From: Opitutales bacterium
GTDB taxonomy: Bacteria; Verrucomicrobiota; Verrucomicrobiia; Opitutales; UBA2987
NCBI GenBank assembly: GCA_965226885.1
Contig: CBDDEL010000015.1
Span: 480,001 to 544,000, forward strand
Direction: 5' to 3'
Length of the DNA: 64,000 bases
The position numbers and the translations under genes were made by a program. Shown here piece after piece: positions 20,801 through 30,259 of the stretch (the first letter of the stretch is position 1; every line of letters starts with the position of its first letter). The notes beneath the pieces were generated by a model. It saw nothing but the letters and a program-made list of their open reading frames with translations. It had not been told where the DNA came from and made no database searches.

Positions 20801-22413
20801 AAATGATTGCCCGGCTGCGCCACAGTGTGCCCGGTGTTACCCTCATCTCGCCGCCCCCCCACCATGATATTTATTCCATCGAAGACCTCGCCCAACTCAT
20901 TTTCGACCTCAAAGAGGTAAATCCCAGAGCAAAAGTGTGCGTCAAGCTGGTGTCCAGTTCCGGTATCGGCACCGTGGCGGTGGGCGTGGCCAAGGCGTAT
21001 GCCGACATCATCCTTGTATCCGGCCACGAAGGCGGCACCGGGGCCAGCCCCATTTCCTCGATCAAAAACGCCGGTTCGGCCTGGGAGATCGGCGTGTCCG
21101 AGGCCCACCAATTGCTGCTCATGAGCGGCCTGCGCGACCGCGTGACCCTGCGCACCGACGGCGGATTCAAAACCGGGCGCGATGTCGTCATCGGGGCCTT
21201 GCTGGGAGCGGAGGAGTTTAATTTCGGCACGGCGGCTCTACTGGCGGTCGGTTGCGCCATGTTCCGCGTTTGCCACCTCAACAGTTGCCCTGTCGGAGTA
21301 GCCACCCAACGGGAAGATTTGCGCGCCAAGTTCCGTGGCAAGCCGGAAAATGTGGTCAACTATTTCAACGCCGTGGCCGAGGAAGTGCGGCAGCTTCTGG
21401 CCGAACTGGGGTATCGGTCTATTGATGAAATTGTGGGGCGGACGGAGCTCCTGGAGCAAATTGACGATACTGATAATTCCAAAAGCCAATGCATAGATCT
21501 TTCGGGGTTGCTTTTCGATCCCGATCCGGGCGGCGAAAATGCTCGTTACAATACTCGCGGCAGCAATGACAGCCCGGGCCATGCGGGCACACTCGACCAT
21601 CTCATTCTGCAAGATGCCCGAGAGGCCCTTCTGGGTAAAACAAAGCGGTTTTCCGGCACCTACAAAGTGAGGAACATCCACCGCAGCATCGGCACTCGTC
21701 TGTCGGGTGAAGTGGCCTATTTAAAGGGCGACGCGGGGCTGGCCCCAGGAACCCTGGACCTCACATTCAAGGGCAGTGCGGGACAGAGTTTCGGCGCTTT
21801 TCTGGTGCCTGGCATACGCCTGAAATTGATCGGGGAAGCCAATGATTACGTGGGCAAGGGAATGCATGGCGGAGAGATCATCGCCTTCCCCGATGAGAAT
21901 GCCAAATACGAATGGCACGAAAATTTCATTGTTGGAAACACCTGCCTCTACGGGGCCACCGGTGGATTGTTTTTTGCCGCCGGACGGACTGGTCAGCGGT
22001 TTGCGGTGCGTAATTCCGGGGCCACCGCGGTAGTTGAAGGCGCCGGCGACCATGGCTGCGAATACATGACTGGCGGCACCGTGTTGGTCCTGGGGCCGAC
22101 GGGACGCAATTTCGGCGCAGGCATGAGTGGCGGCCTGGCCTTTGTCTTCGATTCGGACGAGACCTTTAAATGGCGTTACAATCCCGACATGGTGGGCATC
22201 GAATCCCTCGAAGCGGAGGAGGAAATCGACTCTTTGCATAAACTTTTGGAACTCTACCAGCTATTAACCGGCAGCCAGAGAGCCTGCCAAATTCTGGATA
22301 ACTGGAAGGAATCGGTGCCACGATTTTGCAAAGTAGCCCCTCATCCGGCATCGCCCGATATACCGAAGTCGCTCTTTCGGTTTGGACTGCAACATCAGGC
22401 GGCCGTCATGTAA
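17881..22413 (+). CDS. gltB: Glutamate synthase large subunit
   Basis: DACGVGF, HNGEINT, MEPWDGPA, SNSGEGGE, QVASGRFGV, AQGAKPGEGGQLPG, 3Fe-4S CAMFRVCHLNSC. Confidence 0.98.
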   Translation: MYTQFPSPLYRTEDDHDACGVGFVANVDGKRSYDIIERAVTGLKNLAHRGAIDADAVTGDGAGLLTQIPYPLFGKYLKSLGKPLYKNTDLAVCMVFLAREDEEARNAGKRIIEEAIAAEELTFLAWREVPVDPSCLGRRAEETRPAILQALAARREEIPGEKFERNCYLAMKSAENRAAGEKVKDFYIVSFSGLTLTYKGLLNADQLRRFFPDLRSPLYTSAFAIFHQRFATNTMADWRKAQPYRMVAHNGEINTIGGNRNLMRARESSSSHGIWRERFKDLKPIVQPQMSDSASFDNVLQLITLGGRSCIQSASMMLPHSWEKDVGLQENIRDFYRFHSTIMEPWDGPAAMVFSDGRYVGAALDRSGLRPLRYKVYEDGTMVIASETGVVPDWGSPVVTNGRLGPGRMVAVDLRARRILEDEDRKEYLGNLANYGWWCQESIHNLQKMAGAPVDWSKVSTTPNDLPALQIVFDYDQDEKEIILHPMIESGYEPLGSMGDDTPLAILSRRPRLLYTYFKQLFAQVTNPAIDPIRESIIMSLTMYLGGRYGLFEGITHSRDFLELESPLLFDHEFEKIHHGAFFQNRIFKLESLFDVEKGADGMRAAVRALCEESRRLVRDEEARIIILSDRGVNADRAPIPMLLAVGAVNQSLTRAGLRLNADIVAETGEARDVHQNACLLGYGANAIYPYLALDLVRELCRESSESTPLDPENALKNYRQAVDRGILKIMSKMGISTLFSYNGAQVFEAIGLSRKLVKECFLGTPSPIDGISYREVAAEVLRRHETAFASAEPVAIGSHGYYKVNKRGGGEFHGWNPKVVSGMNRFIRSGNIEKFNQAAETHPPVGLKNLLRLRPKGEPVPLPEIESIEDIRRRFTTAGMSLGALSPEAHECLAIAMNEIGGKSNSGEGGEDPRRFHPLENGDNANSAIKQVASGRFGVTAEYLANAREIEIKIAQGAKPGEGGQLPGHKVSKMIARLRHSVPGVTLISPPPHHDIYSIEDLAQLIFDLKEVNPRAKVCVKLVSSSGIGTVAVGVAKAYADIILVSGHEGGTGASPISSIKNAGSAWEIGVSEAHQLLLMSGLRDRVTLRTDGGFKTGRDVVIGALLGAEEFNFGTAALLAVGCAMFRVCHLNSCPVGVATQREDLRAKFRGKPENVVNYFNAVAEEVRQLLAELGYRSIDEIVGRTELLEQIDDTDNSKSQCIDLSGLLFDPDPGGENARYNTRGSNDSPGHAGTLDHLILQDAREALLGKTKRFSGTYKVRNIHRSIGTRLSGEVAYLKGDAGLAPGTLDLTFKGSAGQSFGAFLVPGIRLKLIGEANDYVGKGMHGGEIIAFPDENAKYEWHENFIVGNTCLYGATGGLFFAAGRTGQRFAVRNSGATAVVEGAGDHGCEYMTGGTVLVLGPTGRNFGAGMSGGLAFVFDSDETFKWRYNPDMVGIESLEAEEEIDSLHKLLELYQLLTGSQRACQILDNWKESVPRFCKVAPHPASPDIPKSLFRFGLQHQAAVM

Positions 22414-22428
22414 ATTAATTCCGGTAAA

Positions 22429-23310
22429 TTAGACAACCAGCATATCGTCCAACTGAGCCTGACCGATGGTTCGCTTGCGGGAGAGAGGCGAATCTTCCTT
22501 CAAACGCGTATTGCGGGCCGGACCGACCTGGTAAAAATGGACCAGCGCAGCCCGGTCTTCTTCCAGTATGCGCCGCAGCCAGGGGTCGTCGACTGCGGTC
22601 AGCATGTGACCCTCTTTTCCGCACAACCGGTTGATGAGGACATCCGATTTCCCGGAAAAATAATCGATTGTTTTACGCGCCAGGCGCCTGTTTTGGAAGG
22701 TTGCCTCCATCTGATAAGGGCGGGGCGGTTTTTGACGGCTCAAATGAATGGGCAGCAAATGCCGGTCCGAAGTGGGGTTCATGCGACGCCAGAACAGCCG
22801 GTAAAGGGCCGACAGTCCTCGCCGGGCGGGGGAGCTTTTGAAAGCCCCGAAGAGATGGGTTTCGGTTCCTTGAGAAGAAAATTCTCCTTCCCTGTTGGTG
22901 TAATCCACTTCCAGGCATCCATGGATTAATTTTATCTGAATAAAAAGATGGGATTCGGGGTGGGTGTTGACCGAATTGAAAGTTGGCCGATGGAGACGCA
23001 GAAGGGCATTCTCTCGAAGTCGGGCCGCGGAGGGGCTGGGGCAAACTTCTATTTCGATGGCGGAGAGCCGGGCAATGAGGCGGATCACTTTGCGGGAAGC
23101 AGTCTCCGGGCGGATGTAACGGTAGGAGGACAAACGCTGGCGCAGATTTTACGATTGGCCCACATAGAGGACGCGCCCGGTCCTGTCCCGCATCAAATAA
23201 ACGCCCGGACTTTGTGGCAGCCGGAGAAAGAAATCCCTGCCCAGGCGCTCGGTGAGGGGGTTTTTCCAGGGAAAGAACCAAAGCTGGGGGCCTGCCACAA
23301 ATTTTTCCAT
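22429..23310 (-). pseudogene. UvrC/Cho-like GIY-YIG endonuclease with an in-frame stop
   Basis: PQSPGVYLMRD...LYVGQS*NLRQRLSSY...LRENALL...FN; TAA at 23149-23151 lies in the same frame as the downstream ORF. Confidence 0.8.
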
Positions 23311-23419
23311 AATGTGTGATGCAGGATACCGGACTCGACATTTTATTGAAAGACCAATCCTGTATCTTGTAGCGTGCATCCTGCATTTTGTGCCTGAATA
23401 CCGTTTAACTTAGTTCCCT

Positions 23420-24580
23420 ATGAAAATTGTCTCCATTAAATACGGTTCGGAATCCATTCGCTCGGATATTCGCAACGCCTTCGTCGATTTTTCCGAAATG
23501 ACGGCCGGGGTTGTGGCCATCGAATCGGATGTCGTCCGCCAGGGAAAACCCCTTGTCGGTTACGGATTCACCTCCAACGGGCGCTATGCGGCCACTGGCA
23601 TCGTCAAGGACCGCCTGGTTCCGCGTTTGTTAAAGGCGCCCATGGTGGACCTGCTGGACGAGGAGGGCAACAATTTCGATCCCTTCAAAGCCTGGGATAT
23701 CATGATGCGGAATGAGAAACCGGGAGGGCATGGTGAGCGTTCGGTAGCGGTGGGATCGATCGACATGGCCCTGTGGGACTTAGTGGCGAAGATCGAAGAC
23801 TTACCTCTTTATCAGGTATTGGCCAATCGGTTTCGGGGCGGGCAGGTCAACCGTCGGGTTTATGTTTACGCCGCCGGCGGTTATTATTATCCGGGCAAAG
23901 ATTTGCCGTCGCTGCGGGACGAGATTCGCGGCTACCTCGATTCGGGTTATGAGACGGTGAAAATCAAAATCGGCGGCGTTCCGCTGGACGAAGATCGCAA
24001 ACGGATCGAGGCAGTGGCCGAGATAACGGGCGACGCGGGACGGGTGGCGGTCGATGTAAACGGAAAATTCACCGTTGCGGAAGCCGTCCGCTGGGCCCAG
24101 GCGCTGGCCCCCTACGGATTGAAATGGTACGAAGAGCCGATTGACCCGCTCGACTATGCCGGACATACCGAGATCGCCAAAGTTTACGAAGGCCCACTTG
24201 CAACCGGAGAAAACCTCTTTTCCACCATCGACACCCGGAACCTGATCCGCCACGGTGGGCTGCGCCCGGACCGGGATTACTTGCAAATGGATCCCGCCCT
24301 CAGCTACGGCCTGGTCGAATACACCCGCACCCTGGATATGCTGGCCGATCATGGCTGGTCGCATAAACGCTGTATCCCACATGGCGGCCACCAGTTTGCA
24401 CTCCATATCGCGGCCGGCCTGGGAATCGGGGGCAACGAATCCTACCCCGGAGTGTTTGGAGCCTTCGGGGGATTCGGGGACAATGTGCAGCCAACAGCAG
24501 GTACCATAAAAATGCCCGACGCCCCCGGCATCGGCATCGAAATGAAATCAGACCTCATTGCGATTTTCCGGAGCCTTTGA
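23420..24580 (+). CDS. tarD: Mandelate racemase/enolase superfamily, D-tartrate dehydratase-like
   Basis: IRNAFVDFS, SNGRY, NEKPGGHGERSVAVG, YAAGGYYYP and PHGGH motifs of the TarD subfamily. Confidence 0.8.
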   Translation: MKIVSIKYGSESIRSDIRNAFVDFSEMTAGVVAIESDVVRQGKPLVGYGFTSNGRYAATGIVKDRLVPRLLKAPMVDLLDEEGNNFDPFKAWDIMMRNEKPGGHGERSVAVGSIDMALWDLVAKIEDLPLYQVLANRFRGGQVNRRVYVYAAGGYYYPGKDLPSLRDEIRGYLDSGYETVKIKIGGVPLDEDRKRIEAVAEITGDAGRVAVDVNGKFTVAEAVRWAQALAPYGLKWYEEPIDPLDYAGHTEIAKVYEGPLATGENLFSTIDTRNLIRHGGLRPDRDYLQMDPALSYGLVEYTRTLDMLADHGWSHKRCIPHGGHQFALHIAAGLGIGGNESYPGVFGAFGGFGDNVQPTAGTIKMPDAPGIGIEMKSDLIAIFRSL

Positions 24581-25603
24581 TATTAAGCGGCTCCTGATTT
24601 TGGCCAGCGCCCAGATGGCATGTTCGGCTATGAGGGGATCGGGATCTTGGGCGGCTGTTTTCAGGGCCGGAAGATCATCCGGGCCGCCGATGTTTCCCAG
24701 AACCACGCAGGTATTGCGGAGCCAGCGGACGCGTTTGAGTCTAAAAATCGGAGTTTGCCGGAAGTGGCTGCGGAATTCTTCATCGCCCCAGGCCAGCATT
24801 TCGCGCAGGTCTGGATATTGGCGGGCGGCGAACTTTTCCTCGCGGGTGGCTTGGGCCCAGCGGTTCCAGGGGCAGACGTCGAGGCATTCGTCGCAGCCGA
24901 ACAAGCGGTCTCCGATGGCCTCGCGATATTTTTCCGGTATGGAGCCCTTGTGTTCGATAGTCAGGTAGGCGATGCAGCGGCGGGCATCCAGTTGATAGGG
25001 TGCGGTAATGGCTCCCGTGGGGCAGGCGCTTATGCAGGCCGTACATTCCCCGCAGTGGTCCAAAACCCTTTCATCAGGGGGCATTTCCAGTGTGGTGAAA
25101 ATTTCTCCCAAAAACAGCCAATTGCCCATTTTGGGATGGATGAGCATGGTGTTTTTGGCTTGCCAGCCGAGACCGGCCAAAACAGCCACCGGTTTTTCCA
25201 GAACCGGGCCGGTATCGACATAAGGTTTGTTTCGCCCCCCCTTATGACGCAGCCAATGACAAAGTTTTTTCAACCGCTTCATCATGAAATTGTGGTAATC
25301 CTGGCCCAAGGCGTATTTGGCGATGCGCCCCCGGCGCTGCGGTTCGGGTTGGTAATAATTGAGGCCCAGGCAAATGATGCTGCGCGCTTCGGGCAAAATT
25401 TTTGCGGGATCGAGACGGCGTTCGGTATTTCTTTCCAACCAGGTCATGTCGCCATGCCGCCCCTCGGCGATCCATTTGAGGTAATATTCCCGGCGCATTT
25501 GAGGTTCCACAGGGGCCACTCCGCAAACGGAAAACCCGAGACGAGCGGCTTCTTGCTTGAAAGCTTCTTTCAGTTTGATCTCCGTTGATGTGGATAAACT
25601 CAT
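24548..25603 (-). CDS. queG: Epoxyqueuosine reductase
   Basis: YALGQDYH, VDTGPVLEK, CGECTACISACP, CIAYLTIE, GCDECLDVCPWN. Confidence 0.96.
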   Translation of the reverse strand: MSLSTSTEIKLKEAFKQEAARLGFSVCGVAPVEPQMRREYYLKWIAEGRHGDMTWLERNTERRLDPAKILPEARSIICLGLNYYQPEPQRRGRIAKYALGQDYHNFMMKRLKKLCHWLRHKGGRNKPYVDTGPVLEKPVAVLAGLGWQAKNTMLIHPKMGNWLFLGEIFTTLEMPPDERVLDHCGECTACISACPTGAITAPYQLDARRCIAYLTIEHKGSIPEKYREAIGDRLFGCDECLDVCPWNRWAQATREEKFAARQYPDLREMLAWGDEEFRSHFRQTPIFRLKRVRWLRNTCVVLGNIGGPDDLPALKTAAQDPDPLIAEHAIWALAKIRSRLISKAPENRNEV

Positions 25604-25769
25604 GACAAGGCAGCATTGTCTGAACGAAGGAAGAAAGGTTCAACACATTACACTGAACCTAATTCCATCTGCCAGTGTCTGTAATAATCGAAACCATTTG
25701 TGAAAGTCGTTCGTGAGCTTGCAGTGAGCTTGCATTTAGCCAAGGTAGGCGTCATTTTTTAGGAGAAAT

Positions 25770-27344
25770 ATGCTCAAACGTTTTTTAATAGGGATACTGT
25801 TTACCTCACTCCTTCTTTTCGCTTCCGGGGAAATTTCCGAGGAAGAACCGGAACCAGTGGAAACTGCGGAGACCGAAGAAGTTGTCACCGCAGAACCGGT
25901 GGAAGAACCCGAAACCATCGTGGAGGAGGATGAAGATGAGGCAAGGCCCGACCTTGGAGAGCCTGAGCCCAAGCCCAGGCGTTCCGCCAGATCGGTTTCG
26001 GTTTATGTTGTCCCCGTTCATGAGGGAATCGGCAAACCCATCCTCTACATTGTCCGGCGCGCCCTCAAGGAAGCCATCGACAACGACATCGACACGGTAG
26101 TGCTCGACATCAAAACTCCGGGGGGACGGCTGGACGTAACGCTGGAGTTGATGCAGATGCTGGATCGTTTCGAGGGTGACACCATCGCTTACGTAAACGA
26201 CGAGGCGATGTCCGCCGGAGCCTACATCTCGATTGCCACGGATGACATTTATTTTTCGCCCCAGGGAATTATCGGAGCGGCCGCCGTTGTAGCTGGAGGC
26301 GGTCAGGAGATCGACGAGTCAATGAAGCTGAAAATCAACAGCTACCTGAGAGCCAAAGTGCGCAGCTTGACAGGAGAATACCGCTATCGCTCGGATGTTC
26401 TACGGGCCATGATGGATGCCGATTTCGTTTTTGAGGTGGACGGTGAGGTTCTCAAGGAAGAGGACGAACTTCTTTCGTTGACGGCGGACGAGGCCATGAA
26501 GGAATACGGCGATCCGCCCGAACCGCTGTTGGGGGCAGGCATCGCCGAGACGGTGGAAGAGTTGCTCGACCACAAATACGGTCCGGGAAATCATGTCATC
26601 AAGAAGTTTGAAGTCACCTGGTCGGAATTGCTGGCGCAGTATATGGAGACGATTTCCCCGGTGCTTTTGGGCATCGGCTTTTTGCTTCTCATGGTTGAGT
26701 TCAAAACCCCCGGATTCGGGGTTGCCGGGATCAGTGGAATCGTGCTTCTGCTCATTGTTTTCGCCAGCAATTATGTGGCGGGTCTGGCTGGCAACGAGGC
26801 GCTCATTGTTTTCTTTGTGGGCATCGTCTTTATAGGGCTGGAACTCTTTGTTTTGCCCGGAACGATATTTTTTGGACTGATCGGGATAATAATGTTGTTC
26901 GGTTCCCTTATCTGGTCCCTGGCCGACATCTGGCCCGATGACTTCAAGGATACGGGCGAGGGCATTCCCTTCGATCCCGCGGTGCTTTGGGGTCCCGTTT
27001 ACGATATAACCATCGGCTTGGTCATCGCGACGGCAGGTTTTGCTTTATTATGGCGGTATTTGCCCAAAACAAGCATCTGGGACAAGCTGGTCTTGAGCGG
27101 CACTACCGCCGATGTCGATCCGGTTATCGCCAAGGGCGGAGCGATTACTGGCTCCGGCGGCAAACTACCCGAAATTGGAAGCCTGGGAATGGCGATGACC
27201 GATATGCACCCGCTGGGCGAGATCGAAATCGATTGCATCCGTTTCCAGGCCACCTCCCCCCTTGATGTGATCGAAAGGGGCGAAAGCGTCAGGGTAACAG
27301 GCTATAAAAACTTTGCCTTACAGGTGGAAAAAGAGAAAGGTTGA
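25770..27344 (+). CDS. NfeD-family membrane-bound ClpP-class serine protease (YqeZ-like)
   Basis: LDIKTPGG, AMSAGAYI (catalytic Ser), TM block with EFKTPGFG and ELFVLPG, C-terminal OB fold. Confidence 0.9.
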   Translation: MLKRFLIGILFTSLLLFASGEISEEEPEPVETAETEEVVTAEPVEEPETIVEEDEDEARPDLGEPEPKPRRSARSVSVYVVPVHEGIGKPILYIVRRALKEAIDNDIDTVVLDIKTPGGRLDVTLELMQMLDRFEGDTIAYVNDEAMSAGAYISIATDDIYFSPQGIIGAAAVVAGGGQEIDESMKLKINSYLRAKVRSLTGEYRYRSDVLRAMMDADFVFEVDGEVLKEEDELLSLTADEAMKEYGDPPEPLLGAGIAETVEELLDHKYGPGNHVIKKFEVTWSELLAQYMETISPVLLGIGFLLLMVEFKTPGFGVAGISGIVLLLIVFASNYVAGLAGNEALIVFFVGIVFIGLELFVLPGTIFFGLIGIIMLFGSLIWSLADIWPDDFKDTGEGIPFDPAVLWGPVYDITIGLVIATAGFALLWRYLPKTSIWDKLVLSGTTADVDPVIAKGGAITGSGGKLPEIGSLGMAMTDMHPLGEIEIDCIRFQATSPLDVIERGESVRVTGYKNFALQVEKEKG

Positions 27345-27819
27345 GGAAAAGATGCTGCCCATTATAGTACTGTTCGTCCTGGCTCTGTTGCTGTTTTTTC
27401 TGGAAATTTTCGTTCCCGGGGGAATTCTCGCCATATTCGGCGTCATCCTGCTCATTATTGCCTGCGTGCAGGGCTATAACGATTATGGCGGGGCCACGGC
27501 AATGGTCATCTTCTGTCTCTCGGGAACCTTGGCGCTGATCATGTTTTTTGTGGAAATCTGGCTTATCCAGCACAAACGGTTTGGAAAATTCATCCGTTTG
27601 GATAAGACGATCAGCGGATCCAGCCTCGAACCCCAGGCAAAACCGGAAGAGATCGTTGGAAAAAAGGGGGAAGCCTTGACAAAAATGGCCCCCACCGGCA
27701 TGATTTTGATTGATGGGAAGAAATACGAGGCCTTCTCCCAATCCGGCCTGCTGGAAGAGGCGACGCTCGTCGAAGTGGTCCGCGTCGATAACTTTAGATT
27801 GATCGTTAAAAAGACATGA
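27313..27819 (+). CDS. Short NfeD-family protein (TM plus OB fold); start probably ATG 27352
   Basis: [10 protein letters not shown] region; [14 protein letters not shown]...[10 protein letters not shown] fold. Confidence 0.85.
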   Translation: MPYRWKKRKVEEKMLPIIVLFVLALLLFFLEIFVPGGILAIFGVILLIIACVQGYNDYGGATAMVIFCLSGTLALIMFFVEIWLIQHKRFGKFIRLDKTISGSSLEPQAKPEEIVGKKGEALTKMAPTGMILIDGKKYEAFSQSGLLEEATLVEVVRVDNFRLIVKKT

Positions 27820-28874
27820 ATATGAATAATATCACTCATCTCCCCTTGGCTCTAGCCCCCGTGCAACTTTTATCTCTGGGCATAGCCTTTGCCTTCATAG
27901 TGCTTGGGTTCATCATTTTTTCCTTCATCAGTGTATGGTTGAAGGCCCAATCTTCGGGCGCTCCCGTTTCGTTGTGGAATCTCGTCGTTATGCGCTGGTT
28001 CCGTAAACTCCCCTATAACCTGATTGTGGAGGCTCGCATCGCCGCGGTCAAAGCCGGCATTGATGTGGAAATCGACGAACTGGAAACCCATTACATGGCC
28101 GGAGGGGACATCATGCAGACCACCTTGGGCCTCATCAACGCGAAAAAGGCCGGCATCGATATCGATTGGAACCGGGCCTGCATCATCGACCTGGCCACCA
28201 AGGGGACGGAAAAATCGATCATGGAAGCCGTCCGCACCTCCATCAATCCGAAAGTCATCGACGTGCCGGGGGCCAGCAGCGGCCGCGCCACCATCGACGG
28301 TGTGGCCAAAGACGGCATCCAGGTTAAAGTCCGCTGCCGCGTAACGGTGCGCAGCAACCTTGAGCGCTATGTCGGCAGCGCCCAGGAAGAGACCATCATC
28401 GCTCGTGTGGGCGAGGGCATCGTGACCACCATCGGCTCGGCCGAAACCTACAAATGGGTGCTGGAAAACCCCGACTCCATTTCCAAAAACGTTCTCGCCC
28501 GCGGTCTCGACACCGGCACGGCCTTTGAAATTCTCTCCATCGATATTGCCGACATCGACGTGGGTGGAAACATTGGCGCCCAGTTACAGGAATCCCAGGC
28601 CGAGGCCAACAAAAACATGGCCCAGGCGCAGGCCGAAATCCGCCGCGCCGCCGCCGTAGCTTTAGAACAGGAAAACGTAGCCAAGGTGCAGGAAATGCAG
28701 GCCAAACTGGTGGAGGCCCAGGCCGAGGTGCCCTTGGCCATGGCCGAGGCATTCAGGTCCGGCAACCTCGGGGTGATGGACTATTATAAAATGATGAATA
28801 TCCAGTCCGACACCGAAATGCGCCAATCCATCTCCAAACCCGAAGATGAAGATACAACAGAAGGCGGCTCCTGA
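27816..28874 (+). CDS. floA: Flotillin-like protein FloA (YqfA)
   Basis: [64 protein letters not shown]. Confidence 0.93.
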   Translation: MNMNNITHLPLALAPVQLLSLGIAFAFIVLGFIIFSFISVWLKAQSSGAPVSLWNLVVMRWFRKLPYNLIVEARIAAVKAGIDVEIDELETHYMAGGDIMQTTLGLINAKKAGIDIDWNRACIIDLATKGTEKSIMEAVRTSINPKVIDVPGASSGRATIDGVAKDGIQVKVRCRVTVRSNLERYVGSAQEETIIARVGEGIVTTIGSAETYKWVLENPDSISKNVLARGLDTGTAFEILSIDIADIDVGGNIGAQLQESQAEANKNMAQAQAEIRRAAAVALEQENVAKVQEMQAKLVEAQAEVPLAMAEAFRSGNLGVMDYYKMMNIQSDTEMRQSISKPEDEDTTEGGS

Positions 28875-28965
28875 TCGGCCATTTGATTAAAAGATACTAG
28901 TTACTGGATGCTAGATGCATGATTCCCCCATCACGTTTACAGCGTCCAAAAAGAAAGGTTAAGCT

Positions 28966-29670
28966 TTGAGAGACGTGATGGAATGGATCATGCCCGTGAT
29001 CTTTGTGGTTGTCTGGGCGCTGTCCAAGATGTTTGGCGGGAAGAGGGAAGAGGAACAGGGTGAACCTGATTCCTCTTCACCTCCAGTCGAGGTGGACCGG
29101 ACTCGGGAAATCCAGGAGGAAATCCGGCGCCGTATAGCTCAGCGAAGGAAGACCCAGCAGCCGGCCCCTGAGTCGGCCCATACCGAGACCCCGGCGCAAC
29201 TGCAACCGCAATCAATGCACCCGCAGCAGCAGGCCGGAACCGGGCAGACAACCCTGCGACCCGCCACCGTTCAAACTCCGACCCAGACCTTGGCTCCAGC
29301 TTCCCCCTTCCAGCAGGCACAGGTCCAACCTGAAGAACCTGAAACGCCTATTCATGCCCATTCCTTGTGGGAGCAATCCCTCCCGGCCCCGGAAGAGTTG
29401 GATGAGCAGCAGCAGCTACAAAGACGGTTGCAACAAATGCGGGAAGCCAAGATCCATGCTGAAAGGGTTAAATGGGTCAAATCCTGGGGTAAATCGAGAA
29501 GATCAATCGCACGGAGGCACGGAAGTCGGGCAAACATTCGGTCCGAAGTAATTGACTCCCTGCGGGATCCCAGTGGCCCGCGCAAAGCCATCATTTACAT
29601 GGAAGTGCTCGGCGCCCCCGTCAGCGTCCGCCAGGATAGCGGCTTCCTCCATTTCTGGGAGCAGCGGTAA
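28966..29670 (+). CDS. Hypothetical membrane-anchored Q/P-rich protein in the YqfB position
   Basis: N-terminal TM, low-complexity middle, C-terminal RKAIIYMEVLGAP motif. Confidence 0.75.
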   Translation: MRDVMEWIMPVIFVVVWALSKMFGGKREEEQGEPDSSSPPVEVDRTREIQEEIRRRIAQRRKTQQPAPESAHTETPAQLQPQSMHPQQQAGTGQTTLRPATVQTPTQTLAPASPFQQAQVQPEEPETPIHAHSLWEQSLPAPEELDEQQQLQRRLQQMREAKIHAERVKWVKSWGKSRRSIARRHGSRANIRSEVIDSLRDPSGPRKAIIYMEVLGAPVSVRQDSGFLHFWEQR

Positions 29671-29777
29671 GGGTTTAACGGATTTCCTGACCCCGGCTTT
29701 TAGCCGAGTCCTGTTCCTACCGATCGAACCTGCGTAGCCGGGGAAATGGCGGTAGGATTCCAACTCGCCGTCTGCAT

Positions 29778-30257
29778 TTATAGATCGACCGGGATCCAGC
29801 CCAGGTCGAGGATCGTATGGGTTGGATTTTCTGTCCTGAAGACGGCCTTAATGGGCATTCCAATCTTGGGTGTACCTTCCTTTAAATACGACATGAGTTT
29901 TGTGCAGGTTCCTTCAATCTGAACTGAAATGAGAGGACACGGCGTAGAAAGGCGGAAGTTACTGCCGGGATACAGAACTGTAGAGTGTGTGTAGATGACA
30001 CCAACGGGATTAACCTCCCGCCACTCCATGGGCTGGAAGCAATCGGGGCAATGCATTCGCGGTGGGAGCCAGGCACTCTTCTCTTCGCATTCGGAATTCG
30101 TGCAGACCGTGCCGAGAAGCTTTCCTTCCGTCAGCCCTCGGAAGAACCGGGAGAGGCCGCCGTAGGTGTGAATGTGAAAGTAATCTTTCGGATTCTTAAT
30201 TACAAGCGGCTCGGTGCTGAAACTTTCGCCGCCTTCGCGTAGCAGTTTGACTGACAT
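29778..30257 (-). CDS. Zn-ribbon/OB-fold DUF35 protein
   Basis: FFRGLTEGKLLGTVCTNSEC...PPRMHCPDC, GVIYTHS; directly follows the thiolase-fold gene. Confidence 0.88.
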   Translation of the reverse strand: MSVKLLREGGESFSTEPLVIKNPKDYFHIHTYGGLSRFFRGLTEGKLLGTVCTNSECEEKSAWLPPRMHCPDCFQPMEWREVNPVGVIYTHSTVLYPGSNFRLSTPCPLISVQIEGTCTKLMSYLKEGTPKIGMPIKAVFRTENPTHTILDLGWIPVDL

Positions 30258-30259
30258 TT

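Noticed and set aside
17881..22413. gltB without an adjacent gltD
   Set aside because: gltD may be elsewhere or the enzyme ferredoxin-dependent; this cannot be decided from the window.
25589..25597. Perfect DnaA box TGTGGATAA
   Set aside because: A single 9-mer inside queG; roughly 0.5 expected by chance in 64 kb on two strands.
29680..29775. Hairpin-rich spacer with a motif resembling the RNase P RNA 3' end
   Set aside because: About 100 bp, too short, with no other conserved rnpB elements; more likely terminator structure between convergent genes.
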